Source: Tubulanus polymorphus
Taxonomy: Eukaryota > Animalia > Nemertea
Length of the DNA: 64,000 nt
Assembly (NCBI RefSeq): GCF_964204645.1
Contig: NC_134029.1
Location: forward strand, 1,984,001 to 2,048,000
Direction of reading: 5' to 3'
In this document: piece after piece, positions 31,987 to 45,100 of the stretch
How positions within the stretch are numbered: the stretch's first letter is position 1
Layout: every line of letters starts with the position of its first letter
Position numbers and translations under genes: made by a program
The notes under the pieces: model-generated
The model's input: only the letters and a program-made list of their open reading frames with translations
What the model was told of the DNA's origin: nothing
The model's database searches: none

Positions 31987-34900
31987 AAGATTGGGAAGGT
32001 GTAGGACGAAAGTATTACATACTACAATCACTTGAATATATCGAAATTTTTTAAATCAAAATTACCTTTAATCAGAGAGAAACAATTCAATAGTTCATCA
32101 CTTCTACTTTTGGGAGGACATATTTTGATAGAAGCTACTTTTATTCAGTGGAATAGCCAATGTTTCACTATTGATTTTTGAAAACCGCAAACGATGAATT
32201 GAGTAGGCTCAGAACGTTAGAAATTCATGGGTAGGGCTATAATAGTGGATCTATTGAAAACAAATTATCGGAATTAGATAATAATAAATTATCAGTATAA
32301 CTAGGGACAATTTGATCTTAAAAAGTTCCCACTATAAACTCAATATCAAACATATCATTCGTTGTATAAAGAGCTGTTGCGCGCTGTTGTCACAAATTGA
32401 TGTTTTATTTGTCGTGATTATGATATCAATATGATATATCATTAGGGTCTATAAACGAATGATTTACGCTACTTTCGCTGTGGTTTGAGCGGGTGCATTC
32501 TCGAATCCAAACCAGCTGTGACAAGGGCGGGATCTTCTTGACCTGTGATATGAAAGTACTTAATATACTCAATGGGATACCCGGTCGTCGTCTGTGATAA
32601 ACGCGACGGGTATCCTATAAATAAAGGGGTGAGCTCTAGTCAAATTGTACATAAAATTCATTTATTATGTACAATGTATAAACCTGTATATAATATAATC
32701 ATATATATTGTAATATATTAACCGACTTATTTCTTAGAAGGCACAAAAACCCGCCTTTACTTTATACGTTTAGTTTTCAAGGTTTCGTGAAATAGCATAT
32801 ATATACAGTATTACCAACAATTTTTGGAACAATGAAATGACGCATCTCCGCGATATTTCTGATGTGAAATTTCTGAACGCTGATAGCCGAAAAAATCATC
32901 ACAGATAATCACGGATCATTGGGATCCTTTTATCAGAACGATTTTAAAGAAATTTATCTATGGTGGAAATTCCCTGCTTGTCTTCTTATCTTAGAAACAA
33001 AATACCCGATATATACTTTGAAAACAATCGAAATCAGCTACAAAATACAATTTTTGTTGTTAAGTTTCCGTTGTTTGAATATTATGCTTTATATATAGTT
33101 TAACATTGCATGAATTCTATCGACTTCAACTAATCATTGAAATGCTATTTATTCTATTTTTCTCTAATAATCAACTTAGTCTCCAAATAACCTAATGAAA
33201 ATAAAGAAACGCGAATATTCACCTAGATTATCTGTTGGCGTTGCCTCGGACAACTTGTCAAATTGAAAACAATCTCAAACCCGACTTCTAGCAATGCTAA
33301 TGATATTTAGGGTGCTATATGAAGGTTTCATTATATCACAATAAATTCTTCCAACTATAAATAAATTTAAACGATAATATAATTTCTGGATAGATTAGAA
33401 GATATGTATCTTATCTTTCTCTGCATTATCCTTTCTTCATTGTACGTATGTAATTCATCATGGTGACCTCCCCCCTAAACCCAGGACCCAGTCCAAATAT
33501 GATTTGATAAATGTTAATAACTCTAGTGGAAATCCCACAAAATGCATTTATTTGTGATTACCAATAAAGAGTAGATATTATAAGACACTACAATGTACTA
33601 TAGTATATACATATATATTGTGGCGTCTTGTCGTAAAACATCAAAAAAGTGAACGATTGTTTCTTGTCAAAATAAACCAGTAACTAATATGGAATAATAA
33701 GGACTGGGAGATGAAACTGTGAATGAAATTATTGAAATTTTGTTTTACCAGGCCATTCTTCAAACGCCTGTCCAAAAACTGCTATTGATGATATATACCC
33801 ACCGATCTGAACGATGTATTAAATTTTGTAATTTCTACTGCTGTCACAATTCTACCGATTCAACCGCTGATATGGGAGGAAATTGTGTCTCCCGGTTTGT
33901 ATTAATGAAATTGTACAAATGTATTTCAAACGGCTTTTTTCGGTTTTCGGGCTTTGTCCGCCATACACACTCAAAATGAGATGATATTGTTGATGATGAT
34001 GAATATTAGTAAACTATGTAAAGTCAGTGCAAAATACATATATAATGTTACAAAAAATCGAGCTTAATTTTGTTCATGGAATTCAGCGAACTCGGAACGT
34101 GTGGAAACGTCTTTCATACTGTAGACCGATTGTACGTGACGTCACAGATTAATATAAAACCCACGATATTAACGACGAACAACAACTAATGAATCAGTCT
34201 CACTGATATCTTCAGAGATTGCGTTTTTTTTGTGTATGCTATTAAAGGCAGCGACTTGTCTAAATCGATTTCGACGCCATATACGTATAGTTTGTTTGCC
34301 CGTCAGTAGGGGATTTGTGATGTAAATCTGCCATTGTACTGACTGTCAATGTAGTGACGTGTTTTAAGCACATGGATGCAATCGAGACTCATTTAATGAG
34401 TCTATTGACAACACAAGCCACTAAACGAATGAAGTAAAAAGAATGCAACGATTGGTGGAAATTTATGATACATTTCATTAGATAAAACTTAAATACATTC
34501 TTACATCTATATTAGATATCTAACCTTCAGTTAGAATTACAAACATTTCAATTCGACTAGAAACAAATCAGTCTCCTCTCGTTAATTCATCTATCGTTAT
34601 CGTTTAAAATAAGTAATAGAAATTCTAAGATTACTGATTTGATTAGGGCAACAATCACTTAGGTATTTGTATAACCTCTAATTTTCAAATTCCATAAATA
34701 ATCTCAGTAAATGAGCAGAATACGTAGCATGGATTATAGCACATTTCACTCGATCTAAGCACATCTTTTCACATGGAATCTCATGCTATTGGCACGAAAG
34801 TTCTAAATTCTAGATCAACTATATTATCTTCACCTAGAAACAACCCGAAATCAGAGAGCCATGTAGACACAATACTCCTTTTCAGAACATATCATTTGAT

Positions 34901-35366
34901 GATAGAATTTTATATATCTTTGCAAAAGTAACACAGTACGAATCTACAACCTGTACAATTCAAGGCATTCAAGGCATCACCATCTTTTAATTATTGAACA
35001 TCATCCAGGCTTCACATGTCTCCATCTACACGCTGCAGTGGAAAATATCTTGAAGAGGTGTGTCGCAATTCAGGGCAGCAGATTATTGACATAAAAACCC
35101 ACAGTATGAAGATGTAACAACTAAAATCTGTTAACTAACGTTTTGGAAAGATGACTTCTAAAAGTATCCATCTTCAGACATGAATTCAAAATGAATAATT
35201 CTGAAACGTCATGTTAACAGATACCGGTATTTTATGTTGAATCTTCATATTGTGAAGCTTTTATAAACTGCGACTGTAGTCTCCATTAAATTACCGATTG
35301 ACACCTATGTTATTAAAGGCTGAACCAGTTTTAAACAAGCACAGTTTTATCTATCACAGTTACCAA

Positions 35367-38131
35367 TTATTGAACCGGAGTTCGATTTATTTTACGGTTG
35401 TCTGATCTATTACTATCATCGGCGCGTGGTTCAAATTCATCCGTCAACAATTCAAACAAGAACTTCGTTAATTTCAGAATCACGACGTGTAACGTATATT
35501 GTATAACTAACGCTCCGAATCCTTTGTAAAATCCTAACATTCCTTCATTAATGAGGATTGATTTGAAACAGTCGATCGCTCCCTCGTACGAAGTATTTAT
35601 CGGAATGACACCGAGTCCGATATCCGTGTTATCAATAATCGTACGCGTTCCCTGAACGTGCAGTCTATGTACGACTGTCTCTAGCGGATACAACATCACA
35701 TCGGCGCAAATACTGCCGGAAAATGTGGCAAGAAGTTCGGGAAAATAGCGGTCATACATCGATTTCACCGGTTCAGAATCTCCGCGATCAGAATCCTAGA
35801 AAATAGATGAATTAATGTACATGATTTATAAAATGAGGACGCTGGATGGATAACTTGATTGGAACAACACCCATTGCTTAAAGGGTGTCGTCGAGTAAGG
35901 GTAATCGTTATGCTTTGACTTATCAAAATGACGACTTATACTTGTGAACATGAAATACACAAATTGGGGCTCAAAAATAGTGACAACATAAGCAAATTAA
36001 TCCGTATTTACTGATTGGACGATATATTTTTACTCAATATTAATCCTTACCTCTTTCATTTCATTGTGAAGAAATGTCATCATAGTATATTGAGCTACTG
36101 ATTTAATCATGTAATGACCGAGTCCGTACATTACTGACGGTATCAGAAGTTTCCATATCGGCAGTAATCGCGTAGTTTGAGCGACGCCAAATCCGCAAAG
36201 ACGAGAAAATCCTTCTTTCACACAATCTAAAACTCCAGGACGTTCGCTGGCTATTTCACTCTGAAATTATCATAACATACATCATACAAATTCAATAAGG
36301 AGCCATTAGTGTTCAACTTTCCAACTGTTTTCTTCTGATATTGAGCTAATTCAATACTGAAAAGATACGTAGACGCAATTCTTATGATTTCAAACCTCAG
36401 TTTATCCATGAATGAATACAATTTTAAACATTATGTTCTTTAGGAAGGAAAGGCATAAACATACACATACTCAGGGGCAGATCAGTTTTCCTGTGCTTTT
36501 TTGAAAAACAACAGTAAATTTCTAGGGCCGATATTTTCACCCACATCAATTTATAGGAACAGCAAACTATACATACCAGTACATATTCTCTTAAATGTCA
36601 CCCGAATGCCTAAAATTGCATCAAAATGCCCAGAAATTTCCGAATTTCTAGACCCCTGTCTTGGTTTGAGTGATACTTGCCAGTATGCCATTTTCATTTC
36701 TTTACACTCGTGTTAAAGTCCACCCCTGCATCCCCCATGATACTTTTTCAATGGTTGTCGATTCCGATCAATATGAGATATAAAACCACAAACCTGTACG
36801 GTTTCAATGAGACTGGCTGCGAAGAATGGCGTCGTGATGAGATAAGTCAGTCTATATGAAATATAAAATCAATTTGATCAAGCGCACATTATACAGAATA
36901 TTTCATTTATATCAACAGACATGCTTTTCTTACCCTTTCAGTATTATATGCTGACCAAGTTTTTTCAGTGAAGTATGTCTAGTCACCTCCCTGGATTGAA
37001 GGAAATAAAATTAATTAAAAACAACCATTCAATTTGCATATCAATTTGTAGGATAAATTTGAAATACCTCGGAAATGGAGTAAATTCGCTAATTGCTGCT
37101 TCACTTACTAGTGAAATACCTTTCACTACGAAAACACTGCCAATACCCTTCCACAAAGTGGCTGGACTCTACATGAAATAATCGAAATAAAAGTGAAATC
37201 AAAGAAGTTCTAGAAACGAGGTATCAATTCTTTAGCCTTATACTTACTTGATTGCGTTGGAGAGTATAAATAACAGTGAACATTGTAAAAGGAGTCAGGT
37301 GATACCATTCTGAATCATGATGCACCTACAAATATACCACCAGATGATTTTGTTATTGGCCGATCAGAATTCCAGTTTTATCTTAGCCCGGGTTTTTCTA
37401 CTTATAGTTTATCCATGAAATTTGCTTCAGCGGATTTTACTACATTGGACAATCTGAATGGTGCCACAAGTTTTCTTGCGGCATACCTGAGCATGTACCT
37501 GCACACCCGGTCTCGTGTGACAGGGTTTTGTGCCGAGCCGAGTCCAGTAGGGATGCCATCAGGTTCGAAATCCCAGGAGAGAGAGGATGCACCTAGGTCC
37601 TGCACCAGTCAGTAACCTATCTGTGGTTTAGTTTCACGATCAGATATTTTCACAAACATCAGATTATAAAAGCTCACCACCAATGACTGGATAACTAACT
37701 ATAACTAATCCTGCCCTAGTAGCTTTTAGTACAAACCTGACATTGCCTTCTCAATGTTATACACGGATGTGAAAGTAGGTTTTCAGCGAAAACACTGAAA
37801 AAGACAGAAACAAAAGATTTCAGGGATATTCAAAAAACCACCATGAGGCCGAGGGGTTCGACCCACCGGGACAGAGAATTGGGTGGGGCCCGACCAAAAA
37901 GCATGTAATTCTACCCCAGACAACCACCCAGCTAAATAATTTACCTGGAAAGACCGATTCCAAGTCCAGCAAATCTCTGCATTTGTTCTGAAATATTAAA
38001 ATACAGTTATCAACGGTCAGTTTCAAACTGGACGCAGGTTACCCAGACTAATCAACTCGGTATATTTTACCTAATTGATGTCGTTTAGGAGCCGCTGAGT
38101 CGAGCTGACGCAGAATGTTATTTTCAGCCAT
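35367..38131 (-). CDS. SLC25A46: Mitochondrial outer-membrane carrier-family protein SLC25A46 (364 aa)
   Basis: Nine exons: 38071-38131, 37945-37987 ([12 protein letters not shown]), 37737-37794 ([19 protein letters not shown]), 37248-37325 (YHLTPFT), 37068-37168 (LWKGIGS...ISEFTPFPR), 36934-36990, 36794-36851 ([12 protein letters not shown]), 36051-36260 ([17 protein letters not shown]), 35367-35795 (YFPELLA...[24 protein letters not shown]...[12 protein letters not shown]). Confidence 0.95.
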
Positions 38132-38913
38132 TACTTCAGTTTCATGCTGATCGGATAATCTGTTAATTGGGTAACGATTAACGCGTTCGACTGCAGGAAC
38201 CCGATCTGAAACCATCCGTGTTACTGTCAAAAACAGGATAGAGCTAACCTAGACCGTCAAGTGCTGCCACTAGATTTATCAATAGCGGTGAACATGTGAA
38301 CTAACTCACCACACAATATTCCTACTGCGGCGCGCAAGTACTAACTAGATTGCCAGTGTCGACTAACGTTAGTGCATGGAAATTCCGCTAACGACGAGCA
38401 TAGCGGCAGCACCTTACGGTTCACCTATTCAAGAGCGGGGTGACTCGTTACCGGTATACCGGTGATTGAAAAATCTGGTTTTCGTCATGAAAGACCCCAG
38501 GGAAGATATTCATGAATGCTAGCAAGGCCGACCTACTCAGTCCATGAATTTGTAGTTTAAGGCAATGGGGGGGGGGGGTGTTTGGATTTCTAAATACGGA
38601 CCACCTGGTTTGAGCAATCACTGATGAAATCTACAGTTTTTAAAAACAATTCTTGCGTGCAAATAATGAAATGACAGCGTTGGTAAAACGGTAGCATTAT
38701 AATCAACCACATGGTCCCGGGTTCGAATCCGAACTCTATTTGTTCACATCTTCGAAATCCAGCTGAATTAATCACATCCTCGAAATTCGGGTCATGTTCC
38801 GCTTTAAAGGTTAGATGTGGACCCGGAAATAAAATGGCTGATTCCTTTAAATTTAAGGAGATTTTTACGTGAATTTTGAATAGATACTTTCAATGTTGTA
38901 ATCGGCATACAGT
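38132..38913. promoter_or_regulatory. Probable bidirectional promoter shared by SLC25A46 and ADAL
   Basis: Divergent start codons ~780 bp apart; relatively CpG-rich; CCGGAA and AAAATGG motifs at ~38823-38837. Confidence 0.6.
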
Positions 38914-40850
38914 ATGGAGAGTTTCTGCAAGAATCTGCCGAAAATTGTACGTTCACATTGATTTGAATAGTTGGATTTCATGCTTGAAGCCGTCAGATGC
39001 GGTCAAAACATTCAATACAATTCAATCAACCAGCAGATTTATTGCTACAAAATTGACCGTGTCGCGACCATACATAAATTTAACTTCTTTTTCCCTAATA
39101 ATGATTATGATTGATGTTCCAGGAATTACATGCACACATCAATGGTTCAATTAGTAATTCTACAATGAATAAATTGATCGAATTGAAGAGACAAAAAGAT
39201 GCACAGTTTTCTGTAGAGCAATGGATGACTTGTATTGGGAAAGGGGAGAAACGCAGTCTAGAAGAGTAAGTAGATATTTTCTCTTGATACATCCAGTTAT
39301 CACTGAACTGATATTACCATCAATTTATTTATAACTTCAGGTGTTTTAAAATGTTCAAATTGATTCACCAGATCTCTGATAATGCAGATGCAGTTTATAT
39401 GGTAAATATTATATAGTGAGGATTGACTTTGTCTTTGAAGTTTTGTGAAATTATTCTAATTGATCGTTCGCACTGTAAACTCTGCCGTACTTAGTTGACC
39501 ATATACCCAAGCCAAAATTGAAGGTTTTACTAGATAGATTTGAGAAAAATTCACCAGCGAGTGATTTACTGATTAGGAGTCTACTGTATCTTTTTTGTTC
39601 CTATACATGGAATGTTATTCATTGCAGATTACTAAAGATGTAATAAGGGAATTTGCTGAAGATGGAGTGAAGTATTTAGAACTGAGGAGTACACCTCGTG
39701 AAGTGTCAACTAATAATATGACTAAGCGACAATATGTAGAATCAGTTATAAAAGCAATTAACGAATGTCAATCTGATGATAATTTGGATATCATCGTACG
39801 ATTGATTTTAGCTATCGATCGACGTAACGACATACAAGTGGCTTTAGATACTGTTAATTTAGCTGCTGAATTTAAACAACTGTCTCAGGGTATTGTAGTA
39901 GGAGTTGATATGAGTGGCGATCCGTCTGTTGGTGATGCCCGCTCTCTGATTCCGGCTTTTGAAGAAGCGAGGAAGCATGGTCTTAAGTTAGCTCTTCATC
40001 TAGCGGAGGTAAAGTATTCTTTAACAAACTCATAATATTCTTCCCGCTTATTGTTGTTTTATAGTTTTACTTTTTTTAGGTTCCAAACAAAAATACAGAG
40101 ACCGAAGCATTACTAGATGAGTTCACGGATAGGATCGGTCATGGAACGTTTTTACTCCCGGAAGATGGTGGTTCTGAAGCTATTCTCAAAACAGTTGTTG
40201 ATAAATCAATACCACTAGGTACTGAATGATTTCAGATACTTTCTTGTATGTAAAATTTGAAATATTTGATGATTCTGTGTATATAGTATAACTTGCTTAA
40301 TTCAGATCACCTGGGACTAGAAAATTTGGTCCAAATTACATGAAATCCAAATTATGTGTTCTCATTTGAATAGAAGTTACCTAGAGGGGACTGTAATTTT
40401 AGTCCGAAATAAGTGAAATCCGAATTAAGTGAGTTATACTGGACAATCAGATTTTACTTGAAATTTTTCAGAATTATGTTTGACGTCGAATGTGAAAGGA
40501 CAAACTGTAAAATCCTTTGATATTCATCATTTCAAGTTTTGGTACGAACGAAATCATCCTTGTGTTATATGTGTAAGTTCGATCATTGTTTTCCATTCAG
40601 ACCAAATCGCATATGTTTTTAGATGTCCGAGAGTCTTATTTAACTCATTTTTCAGACTGATGATAAGGGAGTATTTGCTACCAGTTTGTCCACAGAATAT
40701 CAAATAGCTGCGACAGCATTTTCACTTTCTAAAAAACAGCTGTGGGAACTTTCTCAATCGAGTATTGATTGTATATTCTCTGGTGACGATATAAAACTGC
40801 ATCTTCGGCAAAAGTTCGATAATATTAAAAACCAGTTAGTGTTTGATTGA
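38914..40850 (+). CDS. ADAL: Adenosine deaminase-like protein / N6-methyl-AMP deaminase (350 aa)
   Basis: Seven exons: 38914-38946 (MESFCKNLPKI), 39123-39265 (ELHAHINGSIS), 39341-39401, 39628-40008 (DVIREFAEDGVKYLELRSTPR...GVDMSGDP...LALHLAE), 40080-40218 (DRIGHGT), 40472-40572 (ELCLTSNV...HHF), 40656-40850 (TDDKGVF...TGA). Confidence 0.95.
40284..40441. mobile_element. 158-bp MITE in ADAL intron 5 (Tc1/mariner-like CAGT ends)
   Basis: TIRs (T)AGTATAACTTGCTTAATTCAGAT and ATCCGAATTAAGTGAGTTATACTG match at 20/24 positions. Confidence 0.65.
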
Positions 40851-42138
40851 TGATTGATGAAATAGTGAAGCGTTTTTTAATTTGGAAATAAAAATCCCAG
40901 TAAGTAAATGTAGCGGTATTTGTTAATTTCTAGCATCAATACGAGCACCAGTACGGTGAAAGGATTATCTGAGGATTCATCTCTAACTATTTTCAAGGCA
41001 TACCCGAAATATTATATATAATATCGGATAATGTGTTACGATTGATGCATTCAATTCGTAGGAACCCACTTCGCGGTTGAAGAAGCAGAATTCGCTGGAT
41101 GTCTCAAATAATGACTGAAATATCAAACCCATAATAGAAATTGATAGATATGAAACATCGAAAAACGAATGAAAACTTCAGATTTACGATTTCCATCTAA
41201 AAATCATAAATAGAGAACAATTCGATTTTATTGCGTGGATGACGTTGCAGGTTGAAGCTAATCTTGATCGTTATGTGCTGCCCCTATTGATATCATTAGC
41301 GGTATACATTTGAAATAATTCGGCTGCACAATATTCCTCCTGTGGCGTGCGAGTAGTCAGTTAGTTCGCACATTCACCGTCAACGATGTGTATATGGGCA
41401 GCACCGTAAACGCCTAAGATCTTGCAATGATTCAAACAGACCATACAGTTTTTTTTTTATCGATAGCGTAATTGTCATAAAGAACCAAAGACTTTATATC
41501 AAAAATAAGAAACTTTTAACACGTTGACGATAGAATTTCAAGAATTGGTAAGGCGGTTTACATATGCTACGCATCCGTATGATCATTAACATATTAGAAA
41601 AAAATTAGTATTGATATATTATTGTATATACAGGTGAAACGTTTTATCAATCACCGAAAATTCGATGAATACATAGAACTAAGAGGCTTGATGAACTTCT
41701 CTACACACTATCAAGAAAGTTGGGGTTAAAGCGACGGAAATCGATCTAATTTTCAGCAAATCGCTTTATCAGCAATTTTCAGTCTTATAAAACGTGCATC
41801 ACAAACCCAGCTGTTTGATAATTAAATTCTAATTTGCCGAAGACAATCAACACTTGCCACTTCTCAATAGAGGTTCAAACATATGTGTCATCCGACGCTT
41901 TTGTTTAGAATTTTGAACACGAAATAAAAACTCATTAAAACCAAATTAATCAATTGGGTAAACAATGATGGTGAAACTGAAAGTGACGGTCAACATGAAG
42001 TTAAAATTTAGCTTAGCTCAGCGCATCGAAAAAATGAGAACCTGGTATAGCTGGTGCGCATGCGTAATGAAAAGCCCCTCCCAGAAGACAATAGTTCAAA
42101 AAATAATCTGTCAGTCGAGATGGTTTTCGGACTGCCTC

Positions 42139-42145
42139 TATAAAA
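42139..42145 (+). promoter_or_regulatory. TATA box of the giant Cys-rich gene
   Basis: TATAAAA(G) ~60 bp upstream of ATG 42200. Confidence 0.65.
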
Positions 42146-42199
42146 GGCTTCGTCTGAGTAGAAACTTCAGAACCGGCAGGGCATTTTGAAGAGCCAAAC

Positions 42200-45100
42200 A
42201 TGCCTATGTCCCGGTCACTCAGGCCTACTGGCCTAATACTAGCTATATTATGGATCGCCGCCGGTCAAACGTATGTCGAGGCTGGTCACAGAAGTCGTAA
42301 GTTTTGAAAAGAAGGCAATTTGTAGCAATTTTAGAAATAAAATTACATTCTTTTAGAATAGAATTTTACGGATTTCTTCCTAGCAAGATTTTCATAATTT
42401 CCTTTTGATTAAGCTATAATTGCAGACGCCAAAGAAAATTCTATAAGATCTTCTAGACTTTCCCGTATACGCGACAATATATGTAAATGTATGTTTAGGT
42501 TACTGCAAATGTACCGCATCTGGAGACCCTCACTACCTTACTTTTGACGAACAAGCGATTCATTTCCAAGGAGAATGCAAATATACACTGGCAAAGTCTA
42601 CAAATCCTGCAGATGTTTGTTACTTCGAAGTCGAAGTCAAGAACGAACATCGTAAAGGAAATCGGAAGGTTACGTGGACCAGGATGGTTGACATCCGATT
42701 CCGTGGAAACCTGTTCCGTATAGGTCCCGGTACTAAAGTTGCTGTAAGTTGAAATTTCACATTCGTCAAAAAATATACGAAAGAAATATTGCAAAAAGTA
42801 TTTCAATATGAATTTCATCGTTCTTATAATTTGTTAGCTATGATAGAAATTGTTATTCGAAGTTTGTTCTCATGAGAATATTAAGCTTTGTCTATTTAAC
42901 GCACACGGGTCAAGATTAACTTTCTCTTATTGAAAATTGTAAAACAGAATTCACTAAAATCTAAATAAATGAACAGGTAAATGGCATTGAAAAACAAACG
43001 CCTGTTTACAACATACCGGGAGTTCGAATTATCAAATCTGGTCGCCAACTCGTCATCGGGAACAGAAAATGCGGCTGCAAATTAACATTCGACGGAACAT
43101 TGGTTACACTGAAGCTGAAACGAAGTATTCACGGAGGTCGAGTACACGGTCTCTGCGGTAACTGTAACGGCAATAAGCACGATGATCTGAGGACCTTTGA
43201 GGGCATCGATGTCTCAACAAGTCCTAACAAATACGTGCTGATTGGGGACAGTTACTCAGTTCCGGATGATTCTGACCGACCTGTCGAGTGGTAAGATTGA
43301 ATTAAACATTTTCATGAAATACATATTCTTTTTACCAAAGGAAGGATAAAGCATAAAAGAAATTGAATTCCCACAAATTAATCAACGAATGAAAGTCCTA
43401 TATCGAATAAAGATAATTTCATATCAAACAAATGCATTTACAATAAAGATCTAATTGTTTTCAAAAAGGTGTCGCACAAAGACATACAAATCTCGATGCT
43501 CTGGTCGATTGGAATACCTGGTGAAAACAAAGAGTTATTGTGGACTAATCCGCAATAAAAACGGCCCATTCGGAGATTGTATCAGAAGCGGAAGAGTCAA
43601 CTCAAAACGCTACTACAAATTCTGTAAATTTGACGTTTGCGCTATGAAGGGTATGAAAAACCAGAGAAAGGCTGTGTGCGCCGCTTTGTCAGCTTTTGCT
43701 GAAGTTTGCGCTCAGGCTGGTTTCACCAAACGATGGAGATCGAAACGTTTCTGTCGTAAGTACTTACTACCCAAATTCATTTTCACTAGTATAAGTTTGA
43801 AGTAAGCTTATATGAAAGGAAAGTTTTCATCTTTATATCCACTCCCAAAAAGATAAAATTACCCATTACTTTTAGCAATTAAGTGCGGACGCAACCAAGT
43901 TTACAAGTCTTCTGCGAGCGGGTGTCGAAATACATGCGACTGTCCCTACTGCAGACGTAAAGCCTGTCACGAACCTAACAGAGATGGGTGCGTCTGCAAA
44001 TCAGGATACCTCTTCAGCGGTGATAAATGTGTAAAACGTCATCAATGTGGTTGTAAAAGTAAAAAAGGAAATTACTACCAGGTAATAAACCACGAGTATC
44101 TTTTATAACGATTGCTGCCCCCAACATAAACATTAATTTTATTTGTGGGTTAAAATGTATTTTCACGGTGCTGCAATCTTATTGCTTGATATGACTTTTT
44201 AGCTCGGGGCAAAATGGTACAGTAAGCAATGTTCACATTGGCTTCATTGTACTCTGAAACATGGCAAACCAAAAATCATTCATCATCGCGTCAAATGCCA
44301 TCGTAACGCACAATGTGGACTGAAAGACGGTCGCCACGCTTGTATCTGTAGAGAAGGCTACGTTGGAAATGGACTTCAATGCAAAAAAGGTACAATTATT
44401 ACATTTCTAGGAGCGCACTGTGTATGCATTAGAATAAAGTTAAATAACACAAAGGAACTCATCTCATTTATGTAATTCAGCTTGTCCAAGATTCGCCTGT
44501 CGTCGAATGTGTAAATATGGATACAAGATCGAATGTGGATGCCGTGTGTGCAAATGTAAACGTGAGTAACATTTTGGTTCAACGTGAAAATGTAGTATCT
44601 TTCAAAATTTTGAAATATTTCGTTGAGGAATAGATGAAAAAAAATTAGTTTGATAGAATTTTCAAGAACTCGAAGTGACGTCAATCTGATCATTGTCTGC
44701 GCACATGTTACCAAAACATATGTGGTGGAATTCAGTAAACATCTTTTCAGGTTCATAATTAAATAAACATTTATCACCATTAAGTGACAGGTTTTACACA
44801 ATGAATATCAATATGAACAAGATAGCTCAATAACAGATGGTACATCATCAATAGATTAATAGATTAACTGCGCAATAAATTTAGAAAAAATTTGGATACA
44901 TATCATGATAATTTAGTTAAAAAATTTTCAATATATACGTGATGAAATATTTGGTTCCTCTTTTAGTTTGATCTGTTCCACGAAGTGTTATTATAATTCT
45001 ATTCAATCTGCCATATCATGATAAAAACTATTTTCTTTTACAGGATGCCCAGAATTTAAGTGCTATAAGAAATGTCGTTTTGGTTACGTTCGTAATTCCC

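Noticed and set aside
32900-33830. Small minus-strand gene between PAL and SLC25A46 (exon-like 33222-33295 and 33748-33806)
   Set aside because: Plausible splice sites but only a short unrecognisable peptide with no start exon; insufficient support.
38674-38740. Functional tRNA gene
   Set aside because: A- and B-box-like motifs are present, but acceptor and anticodon stems cannot be formed.
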